From NCBI GenBank assembly GCA_018712555.1, contig DVGT01000062.1, positions 20,763-84,762 on the forward strand: a stretch of 64,000 nucleotides of DNA, read 5' to 3'. Shown here piece after piece: positions 19,251-29,094 of this stretch. The notes beneath the pieces are model-generated. The model was not told the DNA's origin. It did not search any database and saw nothing but the letters and a program-made list of their open reading frames with translations. The stretch's first letter is position 1. Each line of letters opens with the position of its first letter. The position numbers and the translations under genes were made by a program. This stretch comes from Candidatus Faecimorpha stercoravium. GTDB taxonomy: Bacteria > Bacillota > Clostridia > Lachnospirales > Bianqueaceae.

Positions 19251-19577
19251 ATGAATTTATTTTATCACATTACATCCAGGAGGAACCTGGAATCGATACA
19301 GAAGGAAGGGCTCTTGCCCCAATATGGGTATTTATCGGAGTTGGTGATGGAGCAGCGCAGCGCAATCTACTTATTCAAGGAACTGGACGAGGTGCGTTAT
19401 GCCATGGAAAACTGGTTCGGCGAGTGTATTCGATATGTGTATGCCCCCAAAGACCTGATTCTGCTCAGGATCAATCTGCCAGATGAAATCCATTTTGAGG
19501 AGCGATTTGGATGGGAAGCGATCTGTTACACGCGGATTCCGCCGGAGTGTATTTCGGTAGTTCCTTTTCCAGAATAA
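19251..19577 (+). CDS. Hypothetical 108-aa protein, Tpt1/KptA C-lobe-like (tentative)
   Basis: Strong RBS GGAGG 6 nt upstream. N-terminus LFYHITSRRNLESIQKEGLLP and C-terminus ICYTRIPPECI resemble the KptA NAD-binding lobe (from memory). Confidence 0.45.
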   Translation: MNLFYHITSRRNLESIQKEGLLPQYGYLSELVMEQRSAIYLFKELDEVRYAMENWFGECIRYVYAPKDLILLRINLPDEIHFEERFGWEAICYTRIPPECISVVPFPE

Positions 19578-19586
19578 AAGAAAAGC

Positions 19587-19615
19587 TTGTCAGTCCATCC
19601 CATCTGTGGTAAGAT
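19587..19615 (+). promoter_or_regulatory. Candidate promoter of the large glycoside-hydrolase-like gene
   Basis: TTGTCA (19587-19592), 17-nt spacer, TAAGAT (19610-19615). Confidence 0.4.
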
Positions 19616-19651
19616 AATTATACTTTATGACAAGAATGTGAGGCGAGGATT

Positions 19652-22600
19652 TTGCTATACGTGAGAAATGCAGAAACAGAACTGGATCCAGCGTTATTTC
19701 AGAATCCTACGGGAGAGTATCGCGGCATTCCTTTCTGGTCTTGGAATGGACGCATCACGCGGGAACAGATTGACAGAGATCTGGAAATCTTTCAGAAGAT
19801 GGGATTTGGCGGCGTCGATATTCATCCACGAGTGGGTCTGGATACGGCCTACTTGGGTGAGGAATTCATGGAACTGATTCGATATACAGTGGAGCGGTGT
19901 AAAGAGATGGGGCTGGTCTGCTGGCTCTATGATGACGACCGGTTTCCTTCGGGGGCAGCAGATGGTATGGTCACGCAGAATATGGCATACAGAGGACGGT
20001 ATTTACTGCTGACAGAGCAGGATCTCGGCGGGCAGGAGGGAATCTGTGATAGTCGGGAAAGCTTTGAAGCCGCGATCCAAAATGGAGAGAAGCCACGAGG
20101 ATATTATCTGACGGCATATCGAATCATGCTGAAAGAGGGGGCGCTGGCACATTATGAACGACTTCGGACATCGGAGGCTGTGGAACAGGCGAAGTGGAAA
20201 GAGGGACGACTTCGGTTTGCGTATCTGATGCTGCTGGAGGAGAGTCCGGCCTTTGAGGGACAGACCTATGTGGATACGATGAATCCGGAGGCGATTCGTG
20301 AGTTTATCCGCATGACGCATGAAACCTATGAAAACTGGATAGGAGAGGAATTCGGAGAGACGGTACAGGCGATTTTCACAGATGAGCCTCGTATGGGGAA
20401 GCATCTGCAGATTTCCCGGGCGGAGTCGAAGGAAGATGTGACACTTCCCTATACGGAATATCTGGCGGATCAGATGAGACAGAAGTGGAAGATGGATCCG
20501 TTGGATAAGATGCCAGAGTGCGTATGGCAGCTGCCTGAGGGAGAATGGAGCGTATTTCGTTACCGATATCTGGATATGGCGTCAGAATGCTTTACTACTG
20601 CGTATATGGATCAGATCGCGGCGTGGTGTAAGGAACATCGAATTGTAATGACCGGTCATGTATTGGGCGAGGATCACTTAGCGCAGCAGAGTGCATCCGT
20701 AGGGGACTGTATGCGGTGCTATCGTTCGATGGATTTGCCGGGGATTGACATCCTGCGGGATCAACGGCAGTTTATCACGGTGAAACAGGCAGCGAGCGTG
20801 GCCCGGCAGAATGGACAGCCGGGCGTGGTCAGCGAGATGTATGGTGTGACGCACTGGGATTGTGATTTTAAGACCTTTAAGCTGCAGGGAGACTGGCAGG
20901 CGGCGTTAGGCATAACCATACGGGTTCCCCATCTGTCTCATATGAGCTTGGGGGGAGAGGCTAAGAGGGATTGGCCGGGTTCCCTATCTTTTCAGCAACC
21001 TTGGTATGAGAGGTTTTCTTTGATAGAAGATCATTTTGCCAGGTTGAATACGATTCTCAGCCGAGGTACAGCGAAGATCCGTATCGGAGTGATTCATCCC
21101 GTGGAGTCTCTGTGGATGTATATGGGTCCGGAGGATCAAACCGGAGAGATTCGTCAGGAGATGGATGAGGATTTTGCAAGATTGACAGAATGGCTGTTAA
21201 GAGGGGGCTTCGACTTTGATTATCTGTCCGAGGCACTCCTTCCATCGCAGTGTCAGGAAGAAGGTACCAATCCCCTGCAGGTGGGCCGGGTTTCTTATGA
21301 TGTCGTGCTGGTGCCTAGCTTAGTGACTATCCGCAGAACGACGCTGGATCTGTTAGACGCATTTCATAAGCAGGGAGGCCGAGTTCTCTTTATGGGACGG
21401 ATTCCGGAATTGGTAGATGGAGAACCGAATGATGCGCCGCAGGCATTGGCGAAAGAATGTGTGTGTCTGCGGCAAAGCCGGAATGATCTTTATAAAGCAC
21501 TGGAGGATATGCGGACTGCAGATATTCGAAAGGAGTCCGGCATGCGTGCAGATCATCTGCTGTGCCAGATGCGCGAGGATGGAGAGGTCAAGTGGTTGTA
21601 TATCTGTCATGCAGATCGAATAGAGAAAGACCTGGGGGAGGAAGTCTATACCATTCGAGTGAGAGGAACGTATCGTGCTAGGATGTATGATACGCAGTCC
21701 GGGAAGATTGGCCCAGCCTGTTTTCGACATGAGGGGACAGACACGATTTTGACCTGGAGAGCATATGCAGAGGACAGCGTAGTATTTTGCCTGTCAGCGC
21801 CGGAGGAAACGGACGAAGGGGCAGAACCAGACAGACAATATGAGCCGCAGCAGAGACTATCTGTAGTGCGGGGCTATGCGCGGCAGGAAGCCAATGCACT
21901 TTTATTGGACCGTCCCAAATGGCAATTGGATGGCGGAATCCTGCAGGGCCCGGATCCTATTCTCAAGATCGACGAAGATGTCCGCAAAAAGCTGGGATAT
22001 GCGCTTCGAGGGGAGCATATGTTTCAGCCCTATATGCTGGCAGAGACGGAAACACATAGGTTGACACTGCATTTTTACTTCTATTCGCATATTGCGTTGG
22101 ATGCCTTTTTGGCATTGGAGGAGGCGGCGGTATCCCGTGTTCGGCTGAATGGACAGAGCGTTCCCATGGATCTCCGAGGATACTATGTGGACCCGGCGAT
22201 TCAGGTGATCGCATTGCCAGGGATCCAGCAGGGAGACAACTTGTTATCAGTGGATATACAGATGAGTCAGAAAACCAATTTGGAAAACATGTGGATTCTG
22301 GGAGAATTTGATGTGGATCTGGCAGGGATGCAGCCGGAGATTCATCCGATGCGTCCAAGGCTGCGCATTGGAGATATCACCCGGCAGGGCTTGCCCTTCT
22401 ATACGGGAAATCTGGATCTTACGGTTTCTTTTGCAATACGAGAAGCGGGAGAATACAGCGTCAGGATTCCGCATTTTTGTGCCCCTCTTCTGGGAGTGTG
22501 GGTGGATGAGGAGCCGGAAATACAGATCGCCTATGCGCCGCATAGAGCGGAACTGGGATGGCTCGTTCCAGGAAAACATCAACTGACGGTTCGAATATAC

Positions 22601-22786
22601 GGCAATCGGTTTAATGGACTGGGAACCCTCCATATTCCCTGGAAAAACTGGAAATGGTATGGGCCAGATTCCTTCCGGACTCAGGGAGAGGATTTCACAG
22701 AATGCTATCAGGTGCGTCCGGTAGGGCTGCTTTCCGGTATCATTCTGGAAAAGGTAACAAATCAGCAGAAAGAAGGTAATTTCTAA
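19652..22786 (+). CDS. Large putative glycoside hydrolase (family not assigned)
   Basis: 1044 aa. The N-terminus YRGIPFWSWNGRITREQIDRDLEIFQKMGFGGVDIHPR is typical of uncharacterised glycosidase-like proteins. The start is uncertain: TTG at 19652 or GTG at 19661. Confidence 0.55.
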   Translation: MLYVRNAETELDPALFQNPTGEYRGIPFWSWNGRITREQIDRDLEIFQKMGFGGVDIHPRVGLDTAYLGEEFMELIRYTVERCKEMGLVCWLYDDDRFPSGAADGMVTQNMAYRGRYLLLTEQDLGGQEGICDSRESFEAAIQNGEKPRGYYLTAYRIMLKEGALAHYERLRTSEAVEQAKWKEGRLRFAYLMLLEESPAFEGQTYVDTMNPEAIREFIRMTHETYENWIGEEFGETVQAIFTDEPRMGKHLQISRAESKEDVTLPYTEYLADQMRQKWKMDPLDKMPECVWQLPEGEWSVFRYRYLDMASECFTTAYMDQIAAWCKEHRIVMTGHVLGEDHLAQQSASVGDCMRCYRSMDLPGIDILRDQRQFITVKQAASVARQNGQPGVVSEMYGVTHWDCDFKTFKLQGDWQAALGITIRVPHLSHMSLGGEAKRDWPGSLSFQQPWYERFSLIEDHFARLNTILSRGTAKIRIGVIHPVESLWMYMGPEDQTGEIRQEMDEDFARLTEWLLRGGFDFDYLSEALLPSQCQEEGTNPLQVGRVSYDVVLVPSLVTIRRTTLDLLDAFHKQGGRVLFMGRIPELVDGEPNDAPQALAKECVCLRQSRNDLYKALEDMRTADIRKESGMRADHLLCQMREDGEVKWLYICHADRIEKDLGEEVYTIRVRGTYRARMYDTQSGKIGPACFRHEGTDTILTWRAYAEDSVVFCLSAPEETDEGAEPDRQYEPQQRLSVVRGYARQEANALLLDRPKWQLDGGILQGPDPILKIDEDVRKKLGYALRGEHMFQPYMLAETETHRLTLHFYFYSHIALDAFLALEEAAVSRVRLNGQSVPMDLRGYYVDPAIQVIALPGIQQGDNLLSVDIQMSQKTNLENMWILGEFDVDLAGMQPEIHPMRPRLRIGDITRQGLPFYTGNLDLTVSFAIREAGEYSVRIPHFCAPLLGVWVDEEPEIQIAYAPHRAELGWLVPGKHQLTVRIYGNRFNGLGTLHIPWKNWKWYGPDSFRTQGEDFTECYQVRPVGLLSGIILEKVTNQQKEGNF

Positions 22787-23587
22787 ATGGACAACGTGCT
22801 AGAGAATGGAACAAGGTTTGATGGCATGGCGGACTTGTACGATGAGGCAAGACCCAGGGTTCCGCTGTATCCTGTCGAGATCTTGACGCGTTATTTGGGG
22901 CGAACGCCGGAGAGGGTGGTGGATCTCGGATGTGGCCCCGGAATCTCTACAGAAGTCTGGAGAGGGCATGCGGAGGAGGTTATCGGTATTGAGCCGAATG
23001 CGGATATGATTCGCCGCGCGAAAATGAAGGAAGGAGACGGTCTGGTTTTCCGGCAGGCCTTTGGACAGGAGACGGGATTACCAGACGCCTGTGCAGATAT
23101 CGTGGTTAGTTCCCAGGCATTCCATTGGATGGAACCGGTAGCTACGCTGCAGGAAATTCATCGGATCCTGAAGGCAGGCGGTATTTTTTCTACCATTGAT
23201 TATGAGTGGCCGCCGTCTTGTGGATGGCGGGCAGAACTTGCTTTTCAAAAGTTTTCACAGGACCTGGGCCGATTGGATCCAGAGGGCCCCAAGCAGGGCA
23301 TTATCCGGTGGAAAAAGAGCGATCATCTGAAACATATTCGGGAATCGGGTCACTTCGTATATAGCCGGGAACTGTTCTTTGCCAGTACGGAACGCTGCAG
23401 TGCCAAGCGACTGGTCAACATGGCACTGTCTCGCAGCAGTATGCAGTATATTGTGACGCATCATCCGCAGGAAGCAGGAGAAATGATACAAGCATTTCAA
23501 GAAGAACTGAAGAGACTGCTGGGAAGTGGAGAATTTGAAGTATCCATCAGTTACCGTATGAGAATGGGGGTCAAGGCGGAAGTATGA
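22787..23587 (+). CDS. Class I SAM-dependent methyltransferase
   Basis: Motif I VVDLGCGPGIS. The ATG directly follows the upstream stop. Confidence 0.8.
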   Translation: MDNVLENGTRFDGMADLYDEARPRVPLYPVEILTRYLGRTPERVVDLGCGPGISTEVWRGHAEEVIGIEPNADMIRRAKMKEGDGLVFRQAFGQETGLPDACADIVVSSQAFHWMEPVATLQEIHRILKAGGIFSTIDYEWPPSCGWRAELAFQKFSQDLGRLDPEGPKQGIIRWKKSDHLKHIRESGHFVYSRELFFASTERCSAKRLVNMALSRSSMQYIVTHHPQEAGEMIQAFQEELKRLLGSGEFEVSISYRMRMGVKAEV

Positions 23588-24966
23588 GAAAATCTTATGA
23601 AATGGACATGTGTCATGGTCCATTGCTGCGTAAGTTATTAGTATTTTCATTGCCTGTCATGTTATCCGGAGTGCTGCAGCTTCTTTTTAATGCAGCAGAT
23701 ATCATTGTAGTCGGACAGTATGTGGGCAGCACCGCGTTAGCAGCTGTGGGGTCTACGGGATCGCTGATCAATTTATTGATCAATCTGCTGATCGGGCTTT
23801 CCGTAGGCGCGAATGTCATGGTGGCCAGATATTACGGGGCACATGAAGAAAAGTTGGTGAGTCAGACTGTGCATACAGCCATTTTGCTCAGTCTGGTGAG
23901 CGGCATCGTCATGATCTTCATCGGAATTGCATTGGCAGAACCGCTCCTGCGGCTCATGGGAACACCGGATAATGTGCTGGATCAGGCAGCACTGTATGTG
24001 CGGATCTATTTTGCGGGTATGCCCGTTATTATGCTGTATAATTTTGGCAGTGCGATTCTGCGGGCGGTTGGCGATACGAAGCGCCCCATGTACTTCCTTT
24101 TGATAGCAGGGATCCTGAATGTTTTCATGAATCTGTTTTTTGTCATCGTATTTCACATGGGAGTAGCAGGTGTCGCGCTGGCGACGGTACTGTCTCAGTG
24201 TGTTTCTGCGGGACTGGTTCTGCTTTGTCTGATTCGTTCCAATGGGGCGATTAAGCTGCATCTGAAGGAAATGAAAATACACAAGGAGCCGTTACTGAAA
24301 ATGATTCGAGTAGGATTGCCTGCGGGGATCCAGGGCTCGATTTTCAGTATTTCCAATGTGCTGATTCAGTCCTCGGTGAATTCCTTTGGAGATATTGCGA
24401 TGGCCGGCAATGCGGCTGCTTCCAATATTGAAGGGTTCATCTATACCTGTATGAATGCCATCTATCAGGCAGCCATCAGTTTTACCAGTCAAAACTACGG
24501 AGCAGGACAGTACAGGCGGATTCGAAAGATCATGCGGAGCGGAGTTCTGATCGTGAGTTGCGTAGGATTTCTTTTAGGCGGAATCGCCTTTCTATGTGCT
24601 CCGATTCTGTTGTCCATCTACAATACGGATCCACAGGTGATTCAATATGGTATGCTGCGGATGGAAATTATCTGCCTCACTTATTTTACGTGTGGAATCA
24701 TGGATGTGATGGTAGGATGCCTTCGAGGATTGGGATATTCCATCATGCCCATGATCGTATCCTTAGCGGGAGCCTGTGGAATTCGAGTCCTGTGGATTTT
24801 CACCGTTTTCCAATGGGATCGTACGCTGACCATGCTGTACATTTCGTATCCTGTGTCCTGGATGATCACGGCAGCAGTTCATATTATTTGCTTCCTGATC
24901 ATTATTCGGAAAGTCCCCAATATGGACGCGGAAGATGATAACGGACAAAGAATCGCGGTACAATAA
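23584..24966 (+). CDS. MATE family efflux transporter
   Basis: 460 aa, about 12 TM helices, MATE-like N-terminus LLRKLLVFSLPVMLSGVLQLLFNAADIIVVGQ. ATGA overlap with the upstream gene. Confidence 0.88.
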   Translation: MRKSYEMDMCHGPLLRKLLVFSLPVMLSGVLQLLFNAADIIVVGQYVGSTALAAVGSTGSLINLLINLLIGLSVGANVMVARYYGAHEEKLVSQTVHTAILLSLVSGIVMIFIGIALAEPLLRLMGTPDNVLDQAALYVRIYFAGMPVIMLYNFGSAILRAVGDTKRPMYFLLIAGILNVFMNLFFVIVFHMGVAGVALATVLSQCVSAGLVLLCLIRSNGAIKLHLKEMKIHKEPLLKMIRVGLPAGIQGSIFSISNVLIQSSVNSFGDIAMAGNAAASNIEGFIYTCMNAIYQAAISFTSQNYGAGQYRRIRKIMRSGVLIVSCVGFLLGGIAFLCAPILLSIYNTDPQVIQYGMLRMEIICLTYFTCGIMDVMVGCLRGLGYSIMPMIVSLAGACGIRVLWIFTVFQWDRTLTMLYISYPVSWMITAAVHIICFLIIIRKVPNMDAEDDNGQRIAVQ

Positions 24967-24967
24967 G

Positions 24968-25007
24968 AAAAGGAAATGATGGCCTCGTGTAGACCGTCAT
25001 TTCCTTT
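24968..25007. terminator. Bidirectional terminator between the MATE gene and the convergent Cys-rich gene
   Basis: AAAGGAAATGATGG / CCGTCATTTCCTTT arms (one G-T pair) with flanking A and T runs. Confidence 0.65.
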
Positions 25008-25013
25008 TGACAT

Positions 25014-25763
25014 TTAAGCATTCTTATCTTTTTCCACGAACTGACTGTTCACTTTCAAAATGGTACGCGGAAGAGCATCCTGGCTGTTTTTCCAAGGCTT
25101 GTCCTTGTATCTGTAATCGAATTTCAGAGTGAACCATTCTAACTCATCGGCCATGCGAGCCAAATTCTCTGTTTCCTGGTTACGAATCGTTTGACGGAAG
25201 GTGGTGCAGTCCTCTCCAGAAAGATACTGCGGCGCTTCCTGATACAACATGAGAAAATGATCCAGACAGTAGCCCTTGGACTGCTCGATCAACTGGCGAA
25301 AATCCGCCTGTTTCTTCCACATATGAAAAAAAGTGGAGAGAAAACGAGAAAAGGAGATCTCAATTCGGTCACAGATGTAACAGGAATGGCGCCAGCGCTC
25401 GCGAAGATCCGGAATGGTACCGGACGATGAGGTCGCCTTTTTGGTAAACCATCCGGATTTGACCGGCTTTTCTCCTTCGGATTGGGAAAGTGCTTGATCC
25501 AGCACTTCTATACGGTGCTTCAGGTGAGAATGCATCATCAGAGCCAGTCCCAGGGAATTGCCCTGATCATAGAGCTGTTTCATATGTTTCTGACAGAATC
25601 CCTTCTCATTGGTCTCGCCCCGTACGTCTACCTCCATGTAGGAGGGACTGAGAACAAAATGAATGCTGTCCGTTTCCAGCTGGTGATACATGGAACAAAA
25701 TGGGCATTCCGTCCCGGCTTTAAAACCATCCATGACGGGAATGGTGTAGATTTCTTCTTTCAC
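25014..25763 (-). CDS. Cysteine-rich conserved hypothetical protein (DUF6062-like)
   Basis: Motifs ECPFCSMY, GFCQKH, SCYICDRI, GYCLDH. GTG at 25763 has GGAGG 7 nt upstream; an alternative ATG is at 25781. The ORF extension to 25898 is unlikely. Confidence 0.6.
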   Translation of the reverse strand: MKEEIYTIPVMDGFKAGTECPFCSMYHQLETDSIHFVLSPSYMEVDVRGETNEKGFCQKHMKQLYDQGNSLGLALMMHSHLKHRIEVLDQALSQSEGEKPVKSGWFTKKATSSSGTIPDLRERWRHSCYICDRIEISFSRFLSTFFHMWKKQADFRQLIEQSKGYCLDHFLMLYQEAPQYLSGEDCTTFRQTIRNQETENLARMADELEWFTLKFDYRYKDKPWKNSQDALPRTILKVNSQFVEKDKNA

Positions 25764-25885
25764 GCTATTACCTCCAGACATCAGAATATCTGTATTATAA
25801 TCGAAATGAAGAGGTTTGTACAGAGGGGAGAGGGCATTCCCCTCAAAAACGTGAAAGAAAATTGGGGAAAATACCGAAAAATCCC

Positions 25886-25914
25886 TTGTTTCTTCCATGA
25901 TTTTGGATTATAAT
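25886..25914 (+). promoter_or_regulatory. Candidate pta-ackA promoter
   Basis: TTGTTT (25886-25891), 17-nt spacer, TATAAT (25909-25914). Confidence 0.4.
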
Positions 25915-25968
25915 AGGGGTGACGTGTCAATGCACGAGTTTTTGTATACAGAAAGGGGACAATAGTCC

Positions 25969-26970
25969 ATGAGCGCATTTTTGGATAATGTAAAGGCAAG
26001 AGCTAAACAGGACAAGAAGACCATTGTACTGCCGGAGTCGATGGATCGGCGTACCTTTGAGGCGGCGGCCGTTGTTTTGAAGGAAGGCCTGGCCAATCTG
26101 ATTATTATCGGTAGTCCGGAAGAAGTGGAGAAGAATAGTCAGGGACTGGATATTCAGGGAGCGACCATTGTGGATCCCGCGACCTGCGAGAAGACAGAGG
26201 CTTACATTGAGAAGTTGGTAGAGCTTCGTCAGAAGAAGGGCATGACCTATGAGATGGCGAAGGATCTGCTGCTGCATGAGTACATGTACTTTGCCTGCAT
26301 GATGGTGAAGATGGGAGACGCTGACGGCGTGGTTTCCGGAGCATGCCACTCTACGGCGAATACATTGAAGCCCTCTCTGCAGATCATCAAGACAGCACCT
26401 GGCACAAAGCTTGTTTCGGCTTTCTTTGTGATCGTAGTGCCGGATTGCGAGTACGGTGCAGACGGTACCTTTATTTTCGCAGATTCTGGTCTGGTGCAGA
26501 ATCCGAATTCAGAAGAACTGGCTGCGATTGCAGCGTCTTCGGCACAGTCTTTCGAGTTGTTAGTACAGAAGGAGCCCATTGTGGCAATGCTTTCTCATTC
26601 GACAAAGGGCAGTGCGAAGCATGCGGATGTGGATAAGGTCGTAGAGGCGACCAGGATCGCAAAAGAAGAAAATCCGGATCTGAAGCTGGATGGCGAACTG
26701 CAGCTCGATGCAGCCATCGTTCCTTCTGTAGGAAGCTCCAAGGCACCGGGCAGCGATGTGGCAGGCAAGGCAAACGTGCTGGTGTTCCCGGATCTGGATG
26801 CGGGAAATATCGGATACAAGCTGGCACAGCGTCTGGCTAAGGCCGAGGCGTATGGTCCCATCACACAGGGAATCGCAGCACCCATCAACGATCTGTCCCG
26901 TGGATGCTCTGCGGAGGATATCGTCGGCGTCGTGGCAATTACGGCGGTACAGGCCCAGGCAAAGCGGTAA
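25969..26970 (+). CDS. pta: Phosphate acetyltransferase
   Basis: 333 aa. Short-form Pta, with KTIVLPES...GADGVVSGA...SRGCS motifs. Confidence 0.93.
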   Translation: MSAFLDNVKARAKQDKKTIVLPESMDRRTFEAAAVVLKEGLANLIIIGSPEEVEKNSQGLDIQGATIVDPATCEKTEAYIEKLVELRQKKGMTYEMAKDLLLHEYMYFACMMVKMGDADGVVSGACHSTANTLKPSLQIIKTAPGTKLVSAFFVIVVPDCEYGADGTFIFADSGLVQNPNSEELAAIAASSAQSFELLVQKEPIVAMLSHSTKGSAKHADVDKVVEATRIAKEENPDLKLDGELQLDAAIVPSVGSSKAPGSDVAGKANVLVFPDLDAGNIGYKLAQRLAKAEAYGPITQGIAAPINDLSRGCSAEDIVGVVAITAVQAQAKR

Positions 26971-27003
26971 GAGAATCTATTACTTATAAGGAGACAAGTA
27001 GTT

Positions 27004-28200
27004 ATGAAAAAGGTATTGGTTATCAATTGCGGCAGCTCTTCTCTGAAGTATCAGCTGATCGACATGGAGACGGAAGAAGTCGTAGCCAAGGGACTGGCAG
27101 AGCGTATCGGTATCGACGGTTCCCGTCTGAAGCATCAGCCGGCGGGTAAGGATGCAGTGGTTCAGGAAGAACCCATGCCGGATCATCATAAGGCAGTAGA
27201 GATGGTATTGGCAGCGTTGACCGATCCGAATCATGGCGTTATCGCGGATATGAGCGAGATCTGTGCCGTAGGCCATCGTGTGGTACATGGCGGAGAGAAG
27301 TTCGCAAGTTCTGTTCTGATCACGAAGGAAGTCATCGAGACGATGGAAGAGTGTTCGGACCTGGCTCCGCTGCACAATCCTGCAAATCTGATCGGTATTG
27401 AGGCCTGTATGGCACTGATGCCGAATACGCCGATGGTGGCAGTATTCGATACGGCATTTCATCAGACGATGCCGGAGAAGGCATTCCTGTATGGAATTCC
27501 CTACAAGTATTACAAGGAATATCAGGTGCGTCGATATGGTTTCCACGGCACCTCTCACCGTTACGTGTCTCAGCGTGTGGCAGCCATCCTGGGCAAGCCG
27601 ATCGAGGATCTGAAGATCGTGGTGTGCCATCTGGGCAATGGGGCCAGTGTGTGTGCTGTGAAGGGCGGCAAGTCTGTGGATACTTCCATGGGTCTGACTC
27701 CGTTGGAGGGCCTGATCATGGGTACCCGCAGCGGTGACCTAGATCCCGCGATTCTGCAGTACATCATGCATAAGGACAATCTGGACATCGACCAGATGAT
27801 GAATGTACTCAATAAGGAATCCGGCGTACTGGGTCTGTCTGAGATTTCCAGCGACTTCCGTGAGATTGAGAATGGCTGTGCAGAGGGCAATAAGGATGCG
27901 ATTCGCGCCAACGACGCTTTTGTATACCGGGTGGCTAAGTATATCGGCTCCTATGCGGCAGCGATGAACGGTGTGGATGCCATTGCTTTCACGGCTGGAC
28001 TGGGCGAGAATAATGCGTTGGTGCGTAAGGAAGTCTGTGAGTACCTGGAGTTCTTGGGTCTTAAGGTGGATGACGAGAAGAATAATGTACGTGGTAAAGA
28101 AGTTGTATTCTCCACGGACGATTCTAAGGTAGCAGCATTGTTGGTTCCCACCAATGAAGAGCTGATGATCGCGAGAGATACGATGGAGCTGATTGGCTAA
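27004..28200 (+). CDS. ackA: Acetate kinase
   Basis: [16 protein letters not shown]-terminus, 398 aa, pta-ackA operon. Confidence 0.95.
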   Translation: MKKVLVINCGSSSLKYQLIDMETEEVVAKGLAERIGIDGSRLKHQPAGKDAVVQEEPMPDHHKAVEMVLAALTDPNHGVIADMSEICAVGHRVVHGGEKFASSVLITKEVIETMEECSDLAPLHNPANLIGIEACMALMPNTPMVAVFDTAFHQTMPEKAFLYGIPYKYYKEYQVRRYGFHGTSHRYVSQRVAAILGKPIEDLKIVVCHLGNGASVCAVKGGKSVDTSMGLTPLEGLIMGTRSGDLDPAILQYIMHKDNLDIDQMMNVLNKESGVLGLSEISSDFREIENGCAEGNKDAIRANDAFVYRVAKYIGSYAAAMNGVDAIAFTAGLGENNALVRKEVCEYLEFLGLKVDDEKNNVRGKEVVFSTDDSKVAALLVPTNEELMIARDTMELIG

Positions 28201-28275
28201 TTTACCATCGGAGTGTATAATAAATTCCCCGTCGGAGATTCTGGCGGGGAATTATGCTATACTATGGAGGGCTAT

Positions 28276-29094
28276 ATGAGAATCGAGAAAATTCGTTCCA
28301 GAAATGATGTATATCAGAAGTTTCAGGTGCTGAAGAACAATCGAAACAAACGATATAAGTATCATCAGTTCTTTGTAGAAGGGGTTCGAAATCTGAAAGA
28401 GGCCTATAGAAATCATTGGACGATCGATGCCTTCCTCTATACAAGAGAGGAACCGCTGTCCGACTGGGCAGAGAGCATGCTGAAAGAAGTACCGGTTTCA
28501 TGTCATTATGAGCTTTCTGCGGAGCTCATGAGAGAACTCTCCGGAAAGGAAGATACCTCAGAGCTTCTGGCCATTGCGGAGATGCGGCAGGATGATTTCA
28601 GTCAGCTGCCGCTGCGGGAAAAGCCGATGCTGGCCCTATTTGACCGCCCATCGAATAAGGGGAACCTGGGGACGATCATTCGTTCCTGCGATTCCCTGGG
28701 AGTGGACGGACTGATTCTGACGGGGCATGGCGTGGATCTATATGATCCGCAAGTCATCACATCAACGATGGGTTCCTTTTTTCAGGTTCCTGTCATACGG
28801 GTGTCGGAGCATGCGCGTCTGAAGAGCTTTATTCAGCAGATGAAGGAAACATATCCGGATTTTCAGGTGATCGGCACAACCTCGCATCACGAAACGCCGC
28901 TCGATCAATTGGACCTGAATCGTCCCCTGCTGTTCATGATCGGCAATGAAACCGACGGACTCAGCTATGGACTCAAGGAGACCTGCGATGTGCTGGCAAC
29001 CATTCCCATGAGTGATTCCGCTTCAGCCTCTTCGCTGAATGTGGGATGTGCGGCGACCGTCATGTTCTATGAGGCGGCGAGGCAGAGGAGATGA
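28276..29094 (+). CDS. TrmH/SpoU family RNA 2'-O-methyltransferase
   Basis: SpoU motifs LFDRPSNKGNLGTIIRS, IGNETDGLS, IPMSDSASASSLNV. The start is uncertain among 28213, 28264 and 28276. Confidence 0.8.
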   Translation: MRIEKIRSRNDVYQKFQVLKNNRNKRYKYHQFFVEGVRNLKEAYRNHWTIDAFLYTREEPLSDWAESMLKEVPVSCHYELSAELMRELSGKEDTSELLAIAEMRQDDFSQLPLREKPMLALFDRPSNKGNLGTIIRSCDSLGVDGLILTGHGVDLYDPQVITSTMGSFFQVPVIRVSEHARLKSFIQQMKETYPDFQVIGTTSHHETPLDQLDLNRPLLFMIGNETDGLSYGLKETCDVLATIPMSDSASASSLNVGCAATVMFYEAARQRR

